This document shows positions 1 through 13,642 of a stretch of 59,071 nucleotides of DNA, in pieces (position 1 is the stretch's first letter; each line of letters starts with the position of its first letter). Location of the stretch: NCBI GenBank assembly GCA_038087875.1, contig JAXLNO010000574.1, positions 1-59,071 on the forward strand. Direction: 5' to 3'. The notes under the pieces were generated by a model. That model made no database searches, was not told where the DNA came from, and saw only the letters and a list, made by a program, of their open reading frames with translations. The DNA comes from Malacoraja senta (taxonomy: Eukaryota). Position numbers and translations under genes: made by a program.

Positions 1-875
1 GTTCTTTGTGTTGGTTTGGCATGGATCTATCATCAGTCCTCCCTACCCTGCAACACTGCTCTCTCTCCCCATCCCCCCACTCGCAACAAGGGCAGAGTCC
101 CCCCTAGTCCTCACCTTTCACCCCACCAGCCGTCACATACAACAAGTGATCCTCCGTCAGTTTCGCCACCTCCAACGTGACCCAACCACTCGCCACATCT
201 TCCCATCTCCCCCCATGTCTGCCTTCCGCAAAGACCGCTCCCTCCGTAACTCCCTTGTCAATTCTTCCCTTCCCTCCCGTACCACCCCCTCCCCGGGCAC
301 TTTCCCTTGCAACCGCAAGAGATGCAACACTTGTCCCTTCACCTCTCCCCTCGACTCCATTCAAAGACCCAAGCAGTCGTTCCAGGTGCGACAGAGGTTC
401 ACCTGCATCTCCTCCAACCTCATCTATTTGCATCCGCCGCTCGAGATGTCAGCTGATCTACATCGGTGAGACCAAGCGGAGGCTTGGCGATCGTTTCGCC
501 GAACACCTCCGCTCGGTCCGCAATAACCAACCTGACCTCCCGGTGGCTCAGCACTTCAACTCCCCCTCCCATTCCGCATCCGACCTCTCTGTCCTGGGTC
601 TCCACCATGGCCAGAGCGAGCAACACCGGAAATTGGAGGAACAGCACCTCATATTCCGCTTGGGGAGTCTGCATCCTGGGGGCATGAACATTGAATTCTC
701 CCTATTCTGTTAGCCCTTGCTGTCTCCTCCCAATCCTCAGCCCTCGGGCTCCTCCTCGCCTTTTTCCTTTCTTCTCCCTACCCCCTCATCAGTCTGAAGA
801 AGGGTTCGGCCCGAAAAGTTGACTATTTCCTTCGCTCCACAGATGCTGCTGCACCCGCTGAGTTTCTCCAGCATT
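1..875 (+). mobile_element. Penelope-like element 3' portion (GIY-YIG endonuclease, frameshifted) with terminal repeat carrying a hammerhead-like motif
   Basis: ORFs 8-469 and 177-713 give CNRKRCNTC...CRRSRCQLIYIGETKRRLGDRFAEHLRSV...PVAQHFNSPSH...GMNIEF (PLE GIY-YIG with Cys/His linker). Downstream: cagtCTGAAGAagggttcggcccGAAAagttgact. Confidence 0.9.
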
Positions 876-1159
876 TTTAAAGAGCTCGTTAAGAGCTTTG
901 TATACGAATAAGAGGAGCTTCTGTACCGTACTGGGAGCCATAGAATAGTACAGCACAGGAACAGGCCCTTCGGCCCACAATGTCCGTTCCCGAACATGAG
1001 GCCAAGACCAACTTACCTGCACCCTCCATTCTCTGCGTACCCGTCTCTAAAAGCCTCTCAAATGTATCTGTCTCCAAACGCCACTATCGTATCTGCCTCC
1101 ACTACTGTCATTGGTGTAAAAAAAAGAAATACCCTGCACATCTCCCTTCAACTGTTGTT

Positions 1160-3075
1160 TAAACATATTAACGATTTAGACGAGGGAATTAAATGTGACA
1201 TCTCCAAGTTTGCGGATTACACAAAGCTGGGTGGCAGTGTGAGCTGCGATGAGGATGCTAGGAGACTGCAGGGTGACTTGGATAGACAATAGGTGCAGGA
1301 GCAGGCCATTTGGCCCTTCGAGCCAGCATCACCACGGCTGATCATCCCCAATCAGTACCCCGTTCCTGCCTTCTCCCCATATCCCCTGACTCCGCTATCT
1401 TTAAGAGCCCTATCTAGCTCTCTTGAAAGCATCCAGAGAACCTGCCTCCACCGCCCTCTGAGGCAGAGAATTCCACAGACTCACCACTCTCTGTGAGAAA
1501 AAGTTTCATTGCCTCCGTTCTAAATGGCTTACTCCTTATTCTTAAACTGTGGCCCCTGGTTCTGGACTCCCCCAACATCGGGAACATGTTTCCTGCCTCT
1601 AGTGTGTCTAAGCCCTTAACAATCTTGTATGTTTCAATGAGATCCCCTCTCATTCTTCAAAACTCCATAGTGTACAAGCCCAGCTGCTCCATTCTCTCAG
1701 CATATGACAGTCCCACCATCCTGGTTGGGTTCCCTGCATAGGTTGGATGAGTGGGCAGATGCAGTATAATGTGGATAAATGTGAGGTTATCCACTTTGGT
1801 GGCAAGAACAGGAAGGCAGATTATTATCTGAATGGAATTAGGAAAAGGAGAGGTGCAATGAGATCTGGGGGGTCCTTGTTCAACAGTCACTGAAAGTAAG
1901 CATGCAGGTACTGCAGGCAGTGAAGAAAGCTAATGGCATGTTGGCCTTCATTGCGAGAGGATTTGAGTACAGGAGCAAGGAGGGTGTACTGCAATTGTAC
2001 AGGGCCCTGGTGTGACTGCACCTGTAGTATTGTGTGCAGTTTAGGTCTCCTAATTTGAAGAAGGACATTCTTGCTATTGAGGGAGTGCAGCATAGGTTCA
2101 TCAGGTTAATTCCCGGGATGGCGGGACTGTCATATGATGAAAGAATGGGTTGACTGGGCTTGTATGCACTGGAATTTAGAAGGACGAGAGGGGATCTTAA
2201 GAAACATATAAAATTCTCAATAGATTGGACAGGCTAGATGCAGGAAAAATTGTCCTGATGTTGGGAGAGTCCAGAACCACGGGTTACACAGTTTTAAGAA
2301 TAAGGCATTAGCCATTTAGGACTGAGATGAGGTAAAGCATCTTCACCCAGAGAGTTGTGAATCTGTGGGATTCTCATTCCGCAGAAGGCAGTGGAGGCCA
2401 TTTCGCTGGATGTTTTCAAGAGAGAGTTAGATTTGGTGATAAAGGAATCAAAGGATATGGGGGAAAAGCAGGAACGGGCTACTGAATTTAGATGATCGGG
2501 CTTGATCACATTGAATGGCGGTGCTGGCTCGAAGGGCTGAATGGCCTACTCCGGCACCTATTTTTTTATGTTTCGCCTCAAAGTTATGCCCTCTCGTCTT
2601 TGTCATTTGGTTTAGTTTACAGATACAGCGCGGAAACAGAACCTTCGGCCCACCCAGTCCGCGCCGACCAGCGATCACACCAGTGAAACATATAAGATTG
2701 TTTGAAACATATAAGATTGTTAAGAGCTTGGACACGCTAGAGGCAGGAAACATGTTCCCGATATTGGGGGAGTCCAGAACCAGGGCCCACAGTTTAAGAA
2801 TAAGGAGTAAGCCATTTAGAACGGAGACGAGGAAACACTTTTTCCTCACAGAGAGTGGTGAGTCTGTGGAATTCTCTGCCTCAGAGGGCGGTGGAGGCCG
2901 GTTCTCTGGATGCTTTCAAGAGAGAGCTAGATAGGGCTCTTAAAGATGGTGGAGTCAGGGGATATGGGGAGAAGGCAGGAACGGGGTACTGATTGGGGAT
3001 GATCAGCCATGATCACATTGAATGGCGGTGCTGTCTCGAAGGGCCGAATGGCCTACTCCTGCACCTGTTGTCTAT
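1160..3075. mobile_element. Cluster of CR1 LINE fragments in both orientations
   Basis: INDLDEGIKCDISKFADYTKLGG and RGDLIETYKIVKGLD peptides; CR1 3' tails (gaatggcctactcctgcacct). Confidence 0.85.
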
Positions 3076-3199
3076 TGTGTATTGCCTCGACCCGAAACGT
3101 TGCCTATTTCCTTCGCTCCACAGATGCTGCCTCACCCGCTGAGTCTCTCCAGCATTTTTGTCTACCTTCGATTTTCCAGCATCTGCAGTTCCTTCTTAA

Positions 3200-3560
3200 A
3201 CAGATTCTTGGGATGCTGTCTGGTTCTCTTCTCAGTATATGAGCATATGATGATGGTGTCGATGCTCTCTTATTGGCATTGAGCAAGGCGATACATTCCA
3301 AAAACCTATCCTAGTCTTATGTTTGGCATTTAGAACTTTCACCTCCCTGCCAATGGCTTCCTTTCAGCTTTCACCATTGACATTCATCCCTGCATCTGTC
3401 GATAGCCCTGGAAGTCTGTCACACCCAGTAGCGTTGATTCCTTCAGTTGCTGTTTCCGTAACATATTTTGTTTTGCGAGACAGGGTTGTTAGCCCTGTGC
3501 TAAACCTCCAACCTGGAGGACCAGTGGATCGCTCTTCGTCTCGCCTCTGCCCTTCGAGCC
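3200..3560 (-). mobile_element. RTE-clade LINE, internally deleted (5'UTR and endonuclease start); extreme 5' end lies at ~4360-4430
   Basis: Minus strand reads MNVNGES*KEAIGREVKVLNAKHKTRIGFWNV after an RTE-type 5'UTR (ggtcctccaggttggaggtttagcacagggctaacaaccctg). The 4360-4430 minus strand reads caaccttgtcgtggtcgtggggcttgtgtgtctcagtga. Confidence 0.6.
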
Positions 3561-3589
3561 AGCATCGCCATTCCTCCTATGTTGCAATT

Positions 3590-4340
3590 CAAACTTAGAA
3601 ACATAGAAAATAGGTGCAGGAGGTGGCCATTCGGCCCTTCGAATGGCCACCTCAATTCACCTCAATTCAATATGATCATGGCTGATCATCCAACTCAGTA
3701 TCCTGTACCTGCTTTCTCTCCATACCCCCTGGTCCCTTTAGCCACAAGGACCACATCTAACCCCCTCTTAAATATAGCCAATGAACTGGCCTCAACTACA
3801 TTCTGTGGCAGAGAATTCCTGAGATTCACCACTCTCTGTGTAAAAATGTTTATCTCATCTCGGTCTTAAAAGATTTCCCCTTTATCCTTAAACTGTGACC
3901 CCTTGTTCTGGACTCCCCCAACATCGGGAACAATCTTCCTGCATCTAGCCTGTCCAACCGCTTAAGAATTTTGTACGTTTCTATAAGATCCCCCCTCAGT
4001 CTTCTAAATTATAGCGAGTACAAGCCGAGTCTATCCAGTCTTTATCTAACTCTGTCTAACCTCTATCTAACTCTCTCTTAAATCCATCCAGTGATTTGGC
4101 CTCCACTGCCCTCTGTGCCAGGGAATTCCACAAATTCACAACTCTCTGGGTGAAAAAGTTTTTTCTCACCTCAGTCTTAAATGGCCTCCCCTTTATTCTA
4201 AGACTGTGTGGCCCCTGGTTCTGGACTCGCCCAACATTGGGAACATTGTTCCTGCATCTAGCTTGTCCAGTCCTTTTATAATTTTATATGTTTCTATAAG
4301 ATTCCCCTCATCCTTCTAAACTCCAGTGAATACAAGCCTA
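3590..4340 (-). mobile_element. CR1 LINE 3' fragments
   Basis: Reverse complement of the CR1 ORF2 C-terminus and tail (tagaaacatagaaaataggtgcagg). Confidence 0.85.
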
Positions 4341-4434
4341 TATACGAGTGAATATGAACCTCCCGCTGGCATAGATCTAGGTGTCACTGAGACACACAAG
4401 CCCCACGACCACGACAAGGTTGCAATCCAGTGAG

Positions 4435-5545
4435 TTAGAGATTGGGGGGGGAGCGGTTTTCAGGGTCAGAGAAGGGGTCGCGGAGATGGGGAGAGGTCGG
4501 AGTGGGGGGTTACAGGGATGGGGGAAGTTTCCAGAGGTCAGATAGTGGGTTACAGATATGTGGAAAGTGTTTTCAGAGGTTCGTGATTGAGTTATACATA
4601 GAGGGGAGGGGGCAGTTTTCTGGTTCAGAGAGGGATTTGCAAAAGCGGGGAAGAGTGTAGGGGTCAGAGAGAGGGTCGCGGAGACGTGGAGGGGACTCGG
4701 GGTCAGGGAGGTGGTCACACAGGGAGGGGTAAGGTGTTTCAGAGATTACAGAGGGCGCTGCAGAGCCACGCATGCCCAAGAGCTGCTCTGCACAACACCG
4801 GCTGACGCCCCTAAGGCCGCCTGGGTCAAGACGAGATGGAGAGACCAGTGGAAGTCCATCTAGGCTCCTGCGAGTGTGGGAACCCAACACAGACAGTGGA
4901 GCACATAGTCACCAGTTGCCCCAAACACTGGCCACCAAATGGTGAACGAGGTCTGATTGACCTGGGCGATGACACGTTGGCGTGGCTCGCCTCAACGGAG
5001 CTGCAGGTCTAAAAGACACACGACAGAAGAAGCAGAGACACGGGATGTTTTTAGGGGGTGAGAGAGAGGGGGTTAACCTGATGAACCTACGCTGCACTCC
5101 CTCAATAGCAAGAATGTCCTTCCTCAAATTAGGGGACCAAAACTGCACACAATACTCCAGGTGTGGTCTCACTAGGGCCCTGTACAACTGCAGAAGCTTC
5201 AGAGGGGAGAGGGTGAGTTAGAGATGGGAGCGCGGACTTCATGACCAGAGAAGAGGCTTGCAGAGACAAGGAGGGGTGTAGAGGGCAGAGAAGGGGTTGC
5301 AGAGATAGGAACATTTGTTTCAGAGATCAGAGAGGGGGTTTGCTGAGATGGGGAGGTGTTTTCAAAGTTTAGAGAGGAGCTTATAGAGAAGGGGAAAGTT
5401 GTTTGAGAGACCAGAGAATGGGTTGCCGAGACTGGGTAAGATTTTCAGATGTTGGAGGGAGAGTTACAGAGACAGGGAAAGTGTTTTCAGAGGTTAGGGT
5501 GTGTGTTAGAGATGGGGGCGGGGGGGAAGGGGGCGGTTTTCAGAA
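4435..5545. repeat. Degenerate purine-rich minisatellite (~40-45 bp unit), interrupted by Vingi and CR1 fragments
   Basis: Recurrent ttttcagagg(t)cagagagggggttgcagagatggg-like units. Confidence 0.6.
4766..5032 (+). mobile_element. Vingi/Ingi-like non-LTR retrotransposon 3' end
   Basis: [48 protein letters not shown] (CCHC-type C-terminus), very short 3'UTR ending gaagaa, flanked by gcagag on both sides. Confidence 0.6.
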
Positions 5546-5640
5546 TCAATCTCAATCACAATAATACTTTATTAGCCAAGTATGTTTTGTAACATAGGAG
5601 GAATTTAATTTGCCAAGTCAGTCATACAAATGAAAAGCAA

Positions 5641-6234
5641 TTATATTTGGAGCAATGGAAGATGGGAATAAATTGAATTCATCTCAAAATTTACTTTTTA
5701 ATTATGGTTTAATAATAGCAAAAATATTAATACTTACATTTTGGAAAAATACACCAATACCAACGCTCAAAATGTGGATCGCAAGCATGTTGGACACTGC
5801 ACATCTTGAGGAAATGCGATTCCTCATAATAGATAAATCAGACCAATTCATAATGGGTTGGTCTCCATTTGTCGTCTTTTTGGAATCATATGGTGCAACA
5901 CAATTGTAAAAGCTAACTGTCTCGGGACTGAGCGGGGGATGGTCAAGATTATAAATAATGATCTCCTTACTTCTTTTTTTTTTTTTTTTTTACTCTCTTT
6001 TCCCCATTTTCTTTTCTTTAACTTTCTTCTTTCATTCTTTTTTCTTTTTCTTCACAGACTATATATCTCACGTTTTTCTATACTTTATTATCTAATTTCC
6101 TTTTCTTATTCTTTTTTATTATAATAAAAAAAATAAGAAGCTGTACATAAAATGTATTATGAAAATATATATAAGGCACTTTGGTGCCATACGATTGTAC
6201 TTACTTCTAATAAAATTAAAATAAAAAAATAAAA
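5641..6234 (+). mobile_element. 5'-truncated L1 3' end with poly(A)
   Basis: ORF 5655-5909 is an L1 ORF2 C-terminus. 15-bp TSD acaaatgaaaagcaa at 5626-5640 and 6235-6249. Confidence 0.9.
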
Positions 6235-6354
6235 ACAAATGAAAAGCAACGGGACACGCAAAATACATTTTAACATAAACATCCACCACAGTGACTCCTC
6301 CACATTCCTCACTGCGATGGAAGGCGAAAAATAGTACAAATCTCTTCCCTTCTT

Positions 6355-7100
6355 TGTGGCCGATTAGGAAAAGGGGAGATGCAACGAGACCTGGGTGTCA
6401 TGGTACACCAGTCATTGAAAATAGGCATGCAGGTGCAGCAGGCAGTGAAGAAAGCAAATGGTATGTTAGCATTCATAGCAAAAGGATTTGAGTATAAGAG
6501 CGGGGAGGTTCCACTGCAGTTGTACAGTGTCTTGGTGAGACCACACCTGGAGTATTGCGTAGTTTTGGTCTCCTAATCTGAGGAAAGACATTCTTGCCAT
6601 AGAGGGAGTACCGAGAAGGTTCACCATACCGATTCCTGGGATGGCAGGACTTTCATATGAAGAAAGACTGGATAGACTCGGCTTGTACACGCAAGAATTT
6701 GGAAGATTGAGGGGGGATCTTATAGAAACTTACAAAATTCTTAAGGGGTTGGACAGGCTAGATGCAGGAAGATTATTCCCGATGTTGGGGAAGTCCAGAA
6801 CTAGGGGTCACAGTTTAAGGATAAGAGGGAAGTCTTTTAGGACCGAGATGAGAAAAACATTTTTTACACAGAGAGTGGTGAATCTGTGGAATTCTCTGCC
6901 ACAGAAGGTAGTTGAGGTCAGTTCAATGGCTATATTTAAGAGGGAGTTAGATGTGGCCCTTGTGGCTAAAGGGATCAGGGGGTATGGAGAGAAGGCAAGG
7001 ATGGGATACTGAGTTGGATGATCAGCCATGATCATATCGAATGGCGGTGCAGGCTCGAAGGGCCGAATGGCCTACTCCTGCAACTATTTTCTATGTTTCT
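6355..7100 (+). mobile_element. CR1 LINE 3' end
   Basis: ORFs 6379-6576 and 6641-7012 (RPHLEYC...LIETYKILKGLDRLD...RVVNLWNSLP) followed by a CR1 tail. Confidence 0.9.
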
Positions 7101-7619
7101 TTGCTCTCGGGAGCCACGAGCCCTCCGTTGACGGGACGATCATGACTCCCGTAGCCGGCGGTGTTTGGGCGATCCAGCTCCTACATCAGGGGGATGTCAG
7201 CACCCCGCGCCGGCGATCGGAGCCAGGTAGGGGCTGGTCGAACCTCTGCGTCGTTGGAGCTTCCCGACTCAGCCTCTCCCGAGACTGTGAGCTCTTGATG
7301 GTAATTCCGCAGGTCCCGATGTTCAGGTCCACACCCCCCTTGTGTGGCTAAACGTTAGTCTGAGGAGGCCTCCAGCTCCATCGATGTTAGGCCGCAGAGC
7401 GACCGGAGATGCGACCTGGAAAGAAATAGCATCTCTGGCAAGGTAATGGAAATCATGCTTGACTAATCTTCTGGAATTTTTTGAGGATGTAACCAGGATA
7501 ATGGACAAGGGAGAGCCAGTGGAAGTAGTGTACCTGGACTTTCAGAAAGCATTTGATAAGGTCCCACAGAGGAGTTTCGTGTTGGATTGAGAAGACTCAC
7601 ACAAAGGGAATGGAATCCA

Positions 7620-7855
7620 AAGTCCTCCTCCACACAGCCACGTCGATCTGGGCAAACAGCTGAAATGTCCGCAGCACATCACAGCAACATCACTCCAGAC
7701 AAGATCACCACCTCCGAAGTGACAAAACAGCTGAGGCTCACGAGCGGAAACGCACAAAGTACCAGGAACTGGTGGAGATGTGCTAGGACAGAGGCTGGAA
7801 GACATACTATGAGCTGTAGAGGCTTTGCAGGACGCTCACTCTGCAAAGTCCTACG
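7620..7855 (+). mobile_element. HERO-like non-LTR retrotransposon fragment (restriction-like endonuclease)
   Basis: Across frames: VDLGKQLKCPQHITATSL..PDKITTSEVTKQL..AEAHERKRTKYQELVEMC*DRGW..CRGFAGRSLCKV, matching the RLE ERKxxKY/CRGF motifs. Confidence 0.7.
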
Positions 7856-8264
7856 GTTTTAAACACAGCTATTAAGCGACCACACTATCCCATTCGCACG
7901 TTGCCTGTAGCAGATCAGGCACAAGTCCTGCAGGTGGTCCCGCCATCAGAGGTCCAGTCCAGGCTGTGAAAAAGTTACTTTTATAACAATCAAACAGGTT
8001 CGCTTCTTAAAAACAGACAACTCACAAACGTTTGTAGACCAGTTCAAAACGTTACTTATTATCGGCCGATGGAAGTGGTAAGGAACTCCAGTCAAGTGAG
8101 CAATACAGACACTTCACTGTCCTCATTCCACTTCCCCGAACAACAGAATTACATCGTATTAGATAGTGTTTTTTTTGTCACCTTGGCACATTCCACAAAC
8201 ATTAGTCATGGTCAGAGGTACAGGAAATAAAGGTTTCTACAGAATGCGTCACATCAAAGGCATC

Positions 8265-8562
8265 GTGTCATATGGTACAAGATATCTTACATATTAAAGA
8301 CATCGGCCATTTGTCAATACCTCTTAGATCAATCTAGCTTCCTCTCTCGTCACTTCACCCCTCACAGGCATCGGACATTTGGTGCAAGGTATTATATATA
8401 TTAAAGACATCGGCCATTTGTCAATACCCCTTAGATCAATCCAGCTTCCTCTCTCGTCACTTCACCCCTCACAGGCATCGGACATTTGGTGCAAGGTATT
8501 TTACATATTAAAGACATCGGCCATTTGTCAATGACCCTTAGATCAATCTAGCTTCCTCTCTC
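8265..8562. repeat. 107-bp tandem repeat, ~2.7 copies
   Basis: aaagacatcggccatttgtcaat recurs at 8296, 8403 and 8510. Confidence 0.9.
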
Positions 8563-8769
8563 GCCAAATGGTGGACACATGTTAGAGTCATACATTATCT
8601 CAATGGACAGCAACCTGAGGCAAACCTAGACTTGCCTTTCTGTATTAATCTACTGGAGAAAAGCCTGATTTGAGATAAGCTGTAAGCTGGCCCAGGGACC
8701 AATTTAATATCTTCTTATATTTTTAACATAATTCAGCCTTATCAGCTGCAACAAATATCGCGACATTCA

Positions 8770-10133
8770 AAAAGGGTGGTTTGACAAAACGAGCAGACCG
8801 GTTCCACCATTAGCCGAGGGGCAAGTGGTTCATCTGCAAATCGACAAAGGTCATGAAGGCATCGGCGTGATTTCTGGAACTGCCTGTGAGCCACGTTCGT
8901 ACTCGGTCAAGGCCGATGGCGGCACCTGCAGGCGTGACAGGCAACATATCCTGCCTGTGAACGAGCCAGCTCCACCTCCATCCCATCCTGACCACACAAG
9001 TGTACCTCCATTCACCCGCCTGCACCGGCACGACAACCTGTTTCTGAAACGGTTACTTTGCCGATGGCTGCACCACCTCGGCTTGTGCCAAAGTCTCCTG
9101 TTTCGTCACCGGGAATGCCTCTTCAATCTCCGACACCTAATGCACCACCGAGCGTGTCCCCGGAAAAAAGAAATGTACTATATCGCACATGTGCTGGTCT
9201 TGTTTGTAAGCCCACCGTAAAGTACCCGGGCTAAATGTAATCTTCCTCCGGTTTATTGCCATATGCTATGTATGCTTTATATAGTCAGTAGTTTTGTATT
9301 TGCGTGGAATTCTTTAAGAGGGAGGGTGTAGATCAGTGAAACTCATACTGTGGTTCCACCCACAGGCTTATTAGAGAGCTCTTTCTAAAATAAAACAATT
9401 CCTCCAGTTTGATGACCTCGAAAAGATCATCCACACATTCATCTCCTCCCGCCTAGATTACTGCAACTCCCTTTACACTGGCATCAGCCAATCTTCCATG
9501 TCCCGCCTGCAACTGGTCCAAAACGCCGCAGCGAGACTCCTGACGGGCACCCGAAAAAGGGACCACATCACCCCGATCCTGGCCTCTCTCCACTGGCTCC
9601 CTGTGCGGTTCCTTATAAACTTCAAGATCCTCCTCCATGTCTACAAAGCTCTCAATGGGCTGGCCCTCACCTACATCAACAGTCTTCTCACCCACCACTC
9701 CACCTCCAGACCCCTCAGATCGGCCGACTTGGGGTTGCTGAATATCCTGCGGTCTAGGCATAAGCTCAGGGGCGACCGCGCCTTTGCGGTTGCAGCCCAT
9801 AGACTGTGGAACAGCATCCCCTTTCCCATCAGAACTGCCCCCTCCATCGACTCTTTTAAGTCAAGACTAAAGACTTATCTATACTCCCAAGCCTTTCCTG
9901 ACGTCCTCTGAGTGAGGGCTACATGTATATATGCATGTAGTTTGTTTTGTTTATGCTATTCTTATAACAAATGTAAAGCACTTTGGCCAACGGGAGTTGT
10001 TTTTTAAATGTGCTATATAAATAAATGTGACTTGACTTGACTTGACTTTCTCTCTCTCGTTTTTAGACTAGTTATACATGCTGAGATGAAGTTACCTCAG
10101 TTGGGTTGCTAATAAAGAACTTTGGATTCTTCA
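8770..10133 (+). mobile_element. Gypsy LTR retrotransposon 3' remnant (integrase C-terminus, PPT, 3' LTR split by an L2)
   Basis: EPRSYSVKADGGTCRRDRQHILP (Gypsy PRSY..RRNR motif). Polypurine tract aagagggaggg directly before TG at 9327. LTR resumes at ~10048 with AATAAA at 10111. Confidence 0.75.
9398..10047 (+). mobile_element. L2 LINE 3' end
   Basis: IHTFISSRLDYCNSL..RLQLVQNAAARLLTG..HITPILASLHWLPV..FKSRLKTYL, followed by a (tgact)n tail. Confidence 0.92.
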
Positions 10134-10952
10134 GGATTTTTAATTTTTTTTAGAAAGTGAGTTTTTTTTTAAAAGGCACGATAAAAAAGAATGGAGTAAT
10201 TGACCAATAATACAACTTTGGAGACTGGTCCGTAAGTTATAAAGCATAAACTATTCATCTAATCCTGAGCTCGGGTTTCAGTCGGATTCCCGTGCTGAAC
10301 CAATTTACCCTTTCAAAAATTCAATAAATGGAGACCATATTCTATCAAATAATTCTTGTTTGTCAATTAAGACTAGTTCTTTCCAAATGTAAGGTCCCCG
10401 ACATTTCCATAATCCACATTTTAATTGTGGGGGTTATAGGACCTTTCCAAAATGTTAATATTCATATTTTTCCCAGTTATTATACTATCATCAAGAACGT
10501 TTCTTTGGTTTGTTGTAAGTCTTAGGCTTTGTTCCTGATATTCCTAATATTATTAGTTTTGAGTCGGGATCCAATTGGGTATTGACAACTTCAGAAATTA
10601 TTCTGAAAATGCCCATCCAGAAATTTTTGATTTTTATACAATTTACAACGGTATGCGTTAAGTTAGCCTCTAAATGCTGACATTTATCACAAATAGGAGA
10701 GATGTGTGGGAAGATTCTATTTAATTTTGTTTTAGAGTATTGTAATCTATGTAATACTTTAAATTGTATTAAGGCATGTCTGGCATTTAACGAGCATTGA
10801 TGTATATATTGTAGACTTTCGTCCCAAATCGTTATAGGTTGGCATAATTCATTTTCCCATGTGTGATTATACAATTCCGTCGGCGGGACCTCACTATCTA
10901 AGAGGGTATTATAAATATGAGATATTAATTTTTCTGTATTAGGATGTTTATT

Positions 10953-12610
10953 TTTCTACCACAGTTACTATATCTATTTCAGTCTATACCAGTATATGTA
11001 CCAAAATATTTTTTTTCTAAACTGAACGCTAATATTACTAATTTTGTTTGGGATTATAAATCACATAGAATTAAAAAATAACACTTATGTAAACCAAAAG
11101 ATGTCGGGGGACTTTCACTCCCAAATTTTTTGTATTACTATTGGGCAATACATATTAAGAATATAATTTACTGGTTGGACAGTTCAACTCAACAGACAGA
11201 ATGGATAAAAATGGAGAAAGAGGATTGTTATCCTTGTAATATAGGAACAATCCTCTTCTCCCCGAAAAAAATGAACAATACAATATACAAGAAAAACCCA
11301 ATTATACAAGATACAATAAGAATATCCAAACAAATAAAATTATCCTTAAAATTAAGAAACCTATCATTGTTAACACCGATAGCGAATAATCCTTTATTTA
11401 AACCATCTATGATGGATAAAATATATAATCAATGGGAAAGTTTAGGAATTAAAAGGATCGGGGACATGTATGAAATGGGAGATTTATTATCATTTCAACA
11501 ATTACAATTAAAATTTAAACTGAAAAACACTCATTATTTTAAATATTTTCAGATTTGTAATTTTTTGAAGACATACATACAGAGATATCAAAAAATAACT
11601 CCTGATTTACTAGAAGTAATGAATATAAAAGCTGATACACAAAAATTAATATCATATTTATATAATAGTATCTTAAATACAGATTTACCTGTGACTGAGG
11701 TAATTAGAGAAGAGTGGGAACGGGAATTATTGATAAAAATTACGAAGGCTACATGGGAAAAGTATTTGACATACATTCACAAGTGTTCGATTAACGCAAG
11801 ACATAATCTAATCCAATTTAAAATTTTACATAGATTATATTACTCAAAAACAAGATTAAATAAATTTTATCCAAATATATCGCCCATTTGCGATAAATGT
11901 TTAACCCAAGACACAACTATAACACACTCTTTTGTTTCTTGTATAAAACTTCATGGATTTTGGAGTGATATTTTCAAAATATTTACAAAATTATTTAAGA
12001 CAAAAATGGAACCCAATAATGAATTGATTATATTTGGGGTAATGGAAGACGGGAACAAATTGAGCTCATCTCAAAAGTCAATTTTTAATTATGGTTTAAT
12101 AATAGCAAAAAAATTAATATTGAAATTTTGGAAAAATACACCAATACCAACGCTCAAAATGTAGATTGCAAGTATGTTGGATACTGCACATCTTGAGGAA
12201 ATGCGATTCCTCCTAATAGATAAATTTGACCAATTCATAACGAGTTGGTCTCTATTTGTCGTCTTTTTGGAAACATATGGTACAAAACAGGTGTAAAAGC
12301 TAATCCGTGACTGCGGATGGTCAAGATTATAAATGATCTCCTTACTTCTATTTTCTTTTCTTCTCTTCTTTTATTCTCTTTCTTCTATTTTCTATGTCTC
12401 AACTTTCTTTTTTCATTCTTTATTTTTCTTTTTCACACACTATATATCTCACATTTTTCTATTTTTCATTATCTAACTTTTTTCTTTTTCTTCTTTATTA
12501 CAAAAATTTTTTTAAATAAGAAGCTGTACATAAAAGGTATTATGAACATATGATTGTATACAATTGTACTTACTTCTAATAAAATAAAAATATTTATTAA
12601 AAAAAAAAAA
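10953..12610 (+). mobile_element. 5'-truncated L1 inserted into the older L1
   Basis: ORF 11130-12164 is an L1 ORF2 C-terminus; poly(A) at ~12597-12610; TSD aggatgtttatt at 10941-10952 and 12611-12622. Confidence 0.9.
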
Positions 12611-13609
12611 AGGATGTTTATTCAAATTCATCAAGGATGTCTGGTTCCCTAGTTCTGTAATCTTGTGTATTTGATTTAACATAATCTCTAAGTTGTAAAT
12701 ATCTGAAAAAGTTATTTGAGTGTAGTCCGTAAATCTGTTATAACTCCTGTAATGAAAGAAAAGTGCCTTTCCTGTAAAGATGTCCCATCTTTTTAATTCC
12801 ATAAGTTTTCCATTGTGTAAAACCTTTATCCAACATAGAGGGTTTGAATAAAGGGTTGTTTACAATGGGGAGACAGAGTGATAAATTATCCAATTTTAAA
12901 GTATTTTTTAATTGTTTCCAAATTCGTATACCATTATATATTATAGGGTTTTCACTATAGGTTTTTTTAATGTAATTTTGTGGGAGCAAACATAATCGAA
13001 CCAATTTCAAAAGGCAAACAGTCTTCCTTTTCCATCTTTAACCAGTCTGGTTGCTGATCCATTTCTTCCAACCAGAAATTCATATTTTTAATATTGACTG
13101 CCCAGAAGTAAAACAAAACATTTGGTAAAGCTAAACCTCCATTTGACTTTGATTTACATAGATGTTTTTTGCTTATTCTATGATTCTTATAATCCCAAAT
13201 AAAGCTTGTGACAATGGAATCGATTTTAAAAAGAAACAATTTTGGGAGATATCTCGGGATTGATTGGAAGAGGTACAATAATTGCGGTATAAAGATCATT
13301 TTTATAGCATTAATTCTACCAAACATTGAAATGGGAAGTGTTTTCCAATACTGAATATTCTTATGTAGTTTATTCAGTAAAGGTAGGAAGTTTAATTTAA
13401 ATAAAGACATAAATGTCTTAGTTACATAAATTCCTAGATATTTAAGTTTTTCCTTGAATATTTTCAAGGGGGATTGTTGCAGTGTATGTAAATTGAGTTA
13501 CGTTATTGGCATGATTTCGCTTTTATTCCAATTAATTCCATATCCCGAAAACAAACTGAATTGAGTTATTAGATTTAATAGGTTTGTAATACTAGTTTCT
13601 GGGTTTGTA

Positions 13610-13617
<8 letters not shown>

Positions 13618-13642
<25 letters not shown>

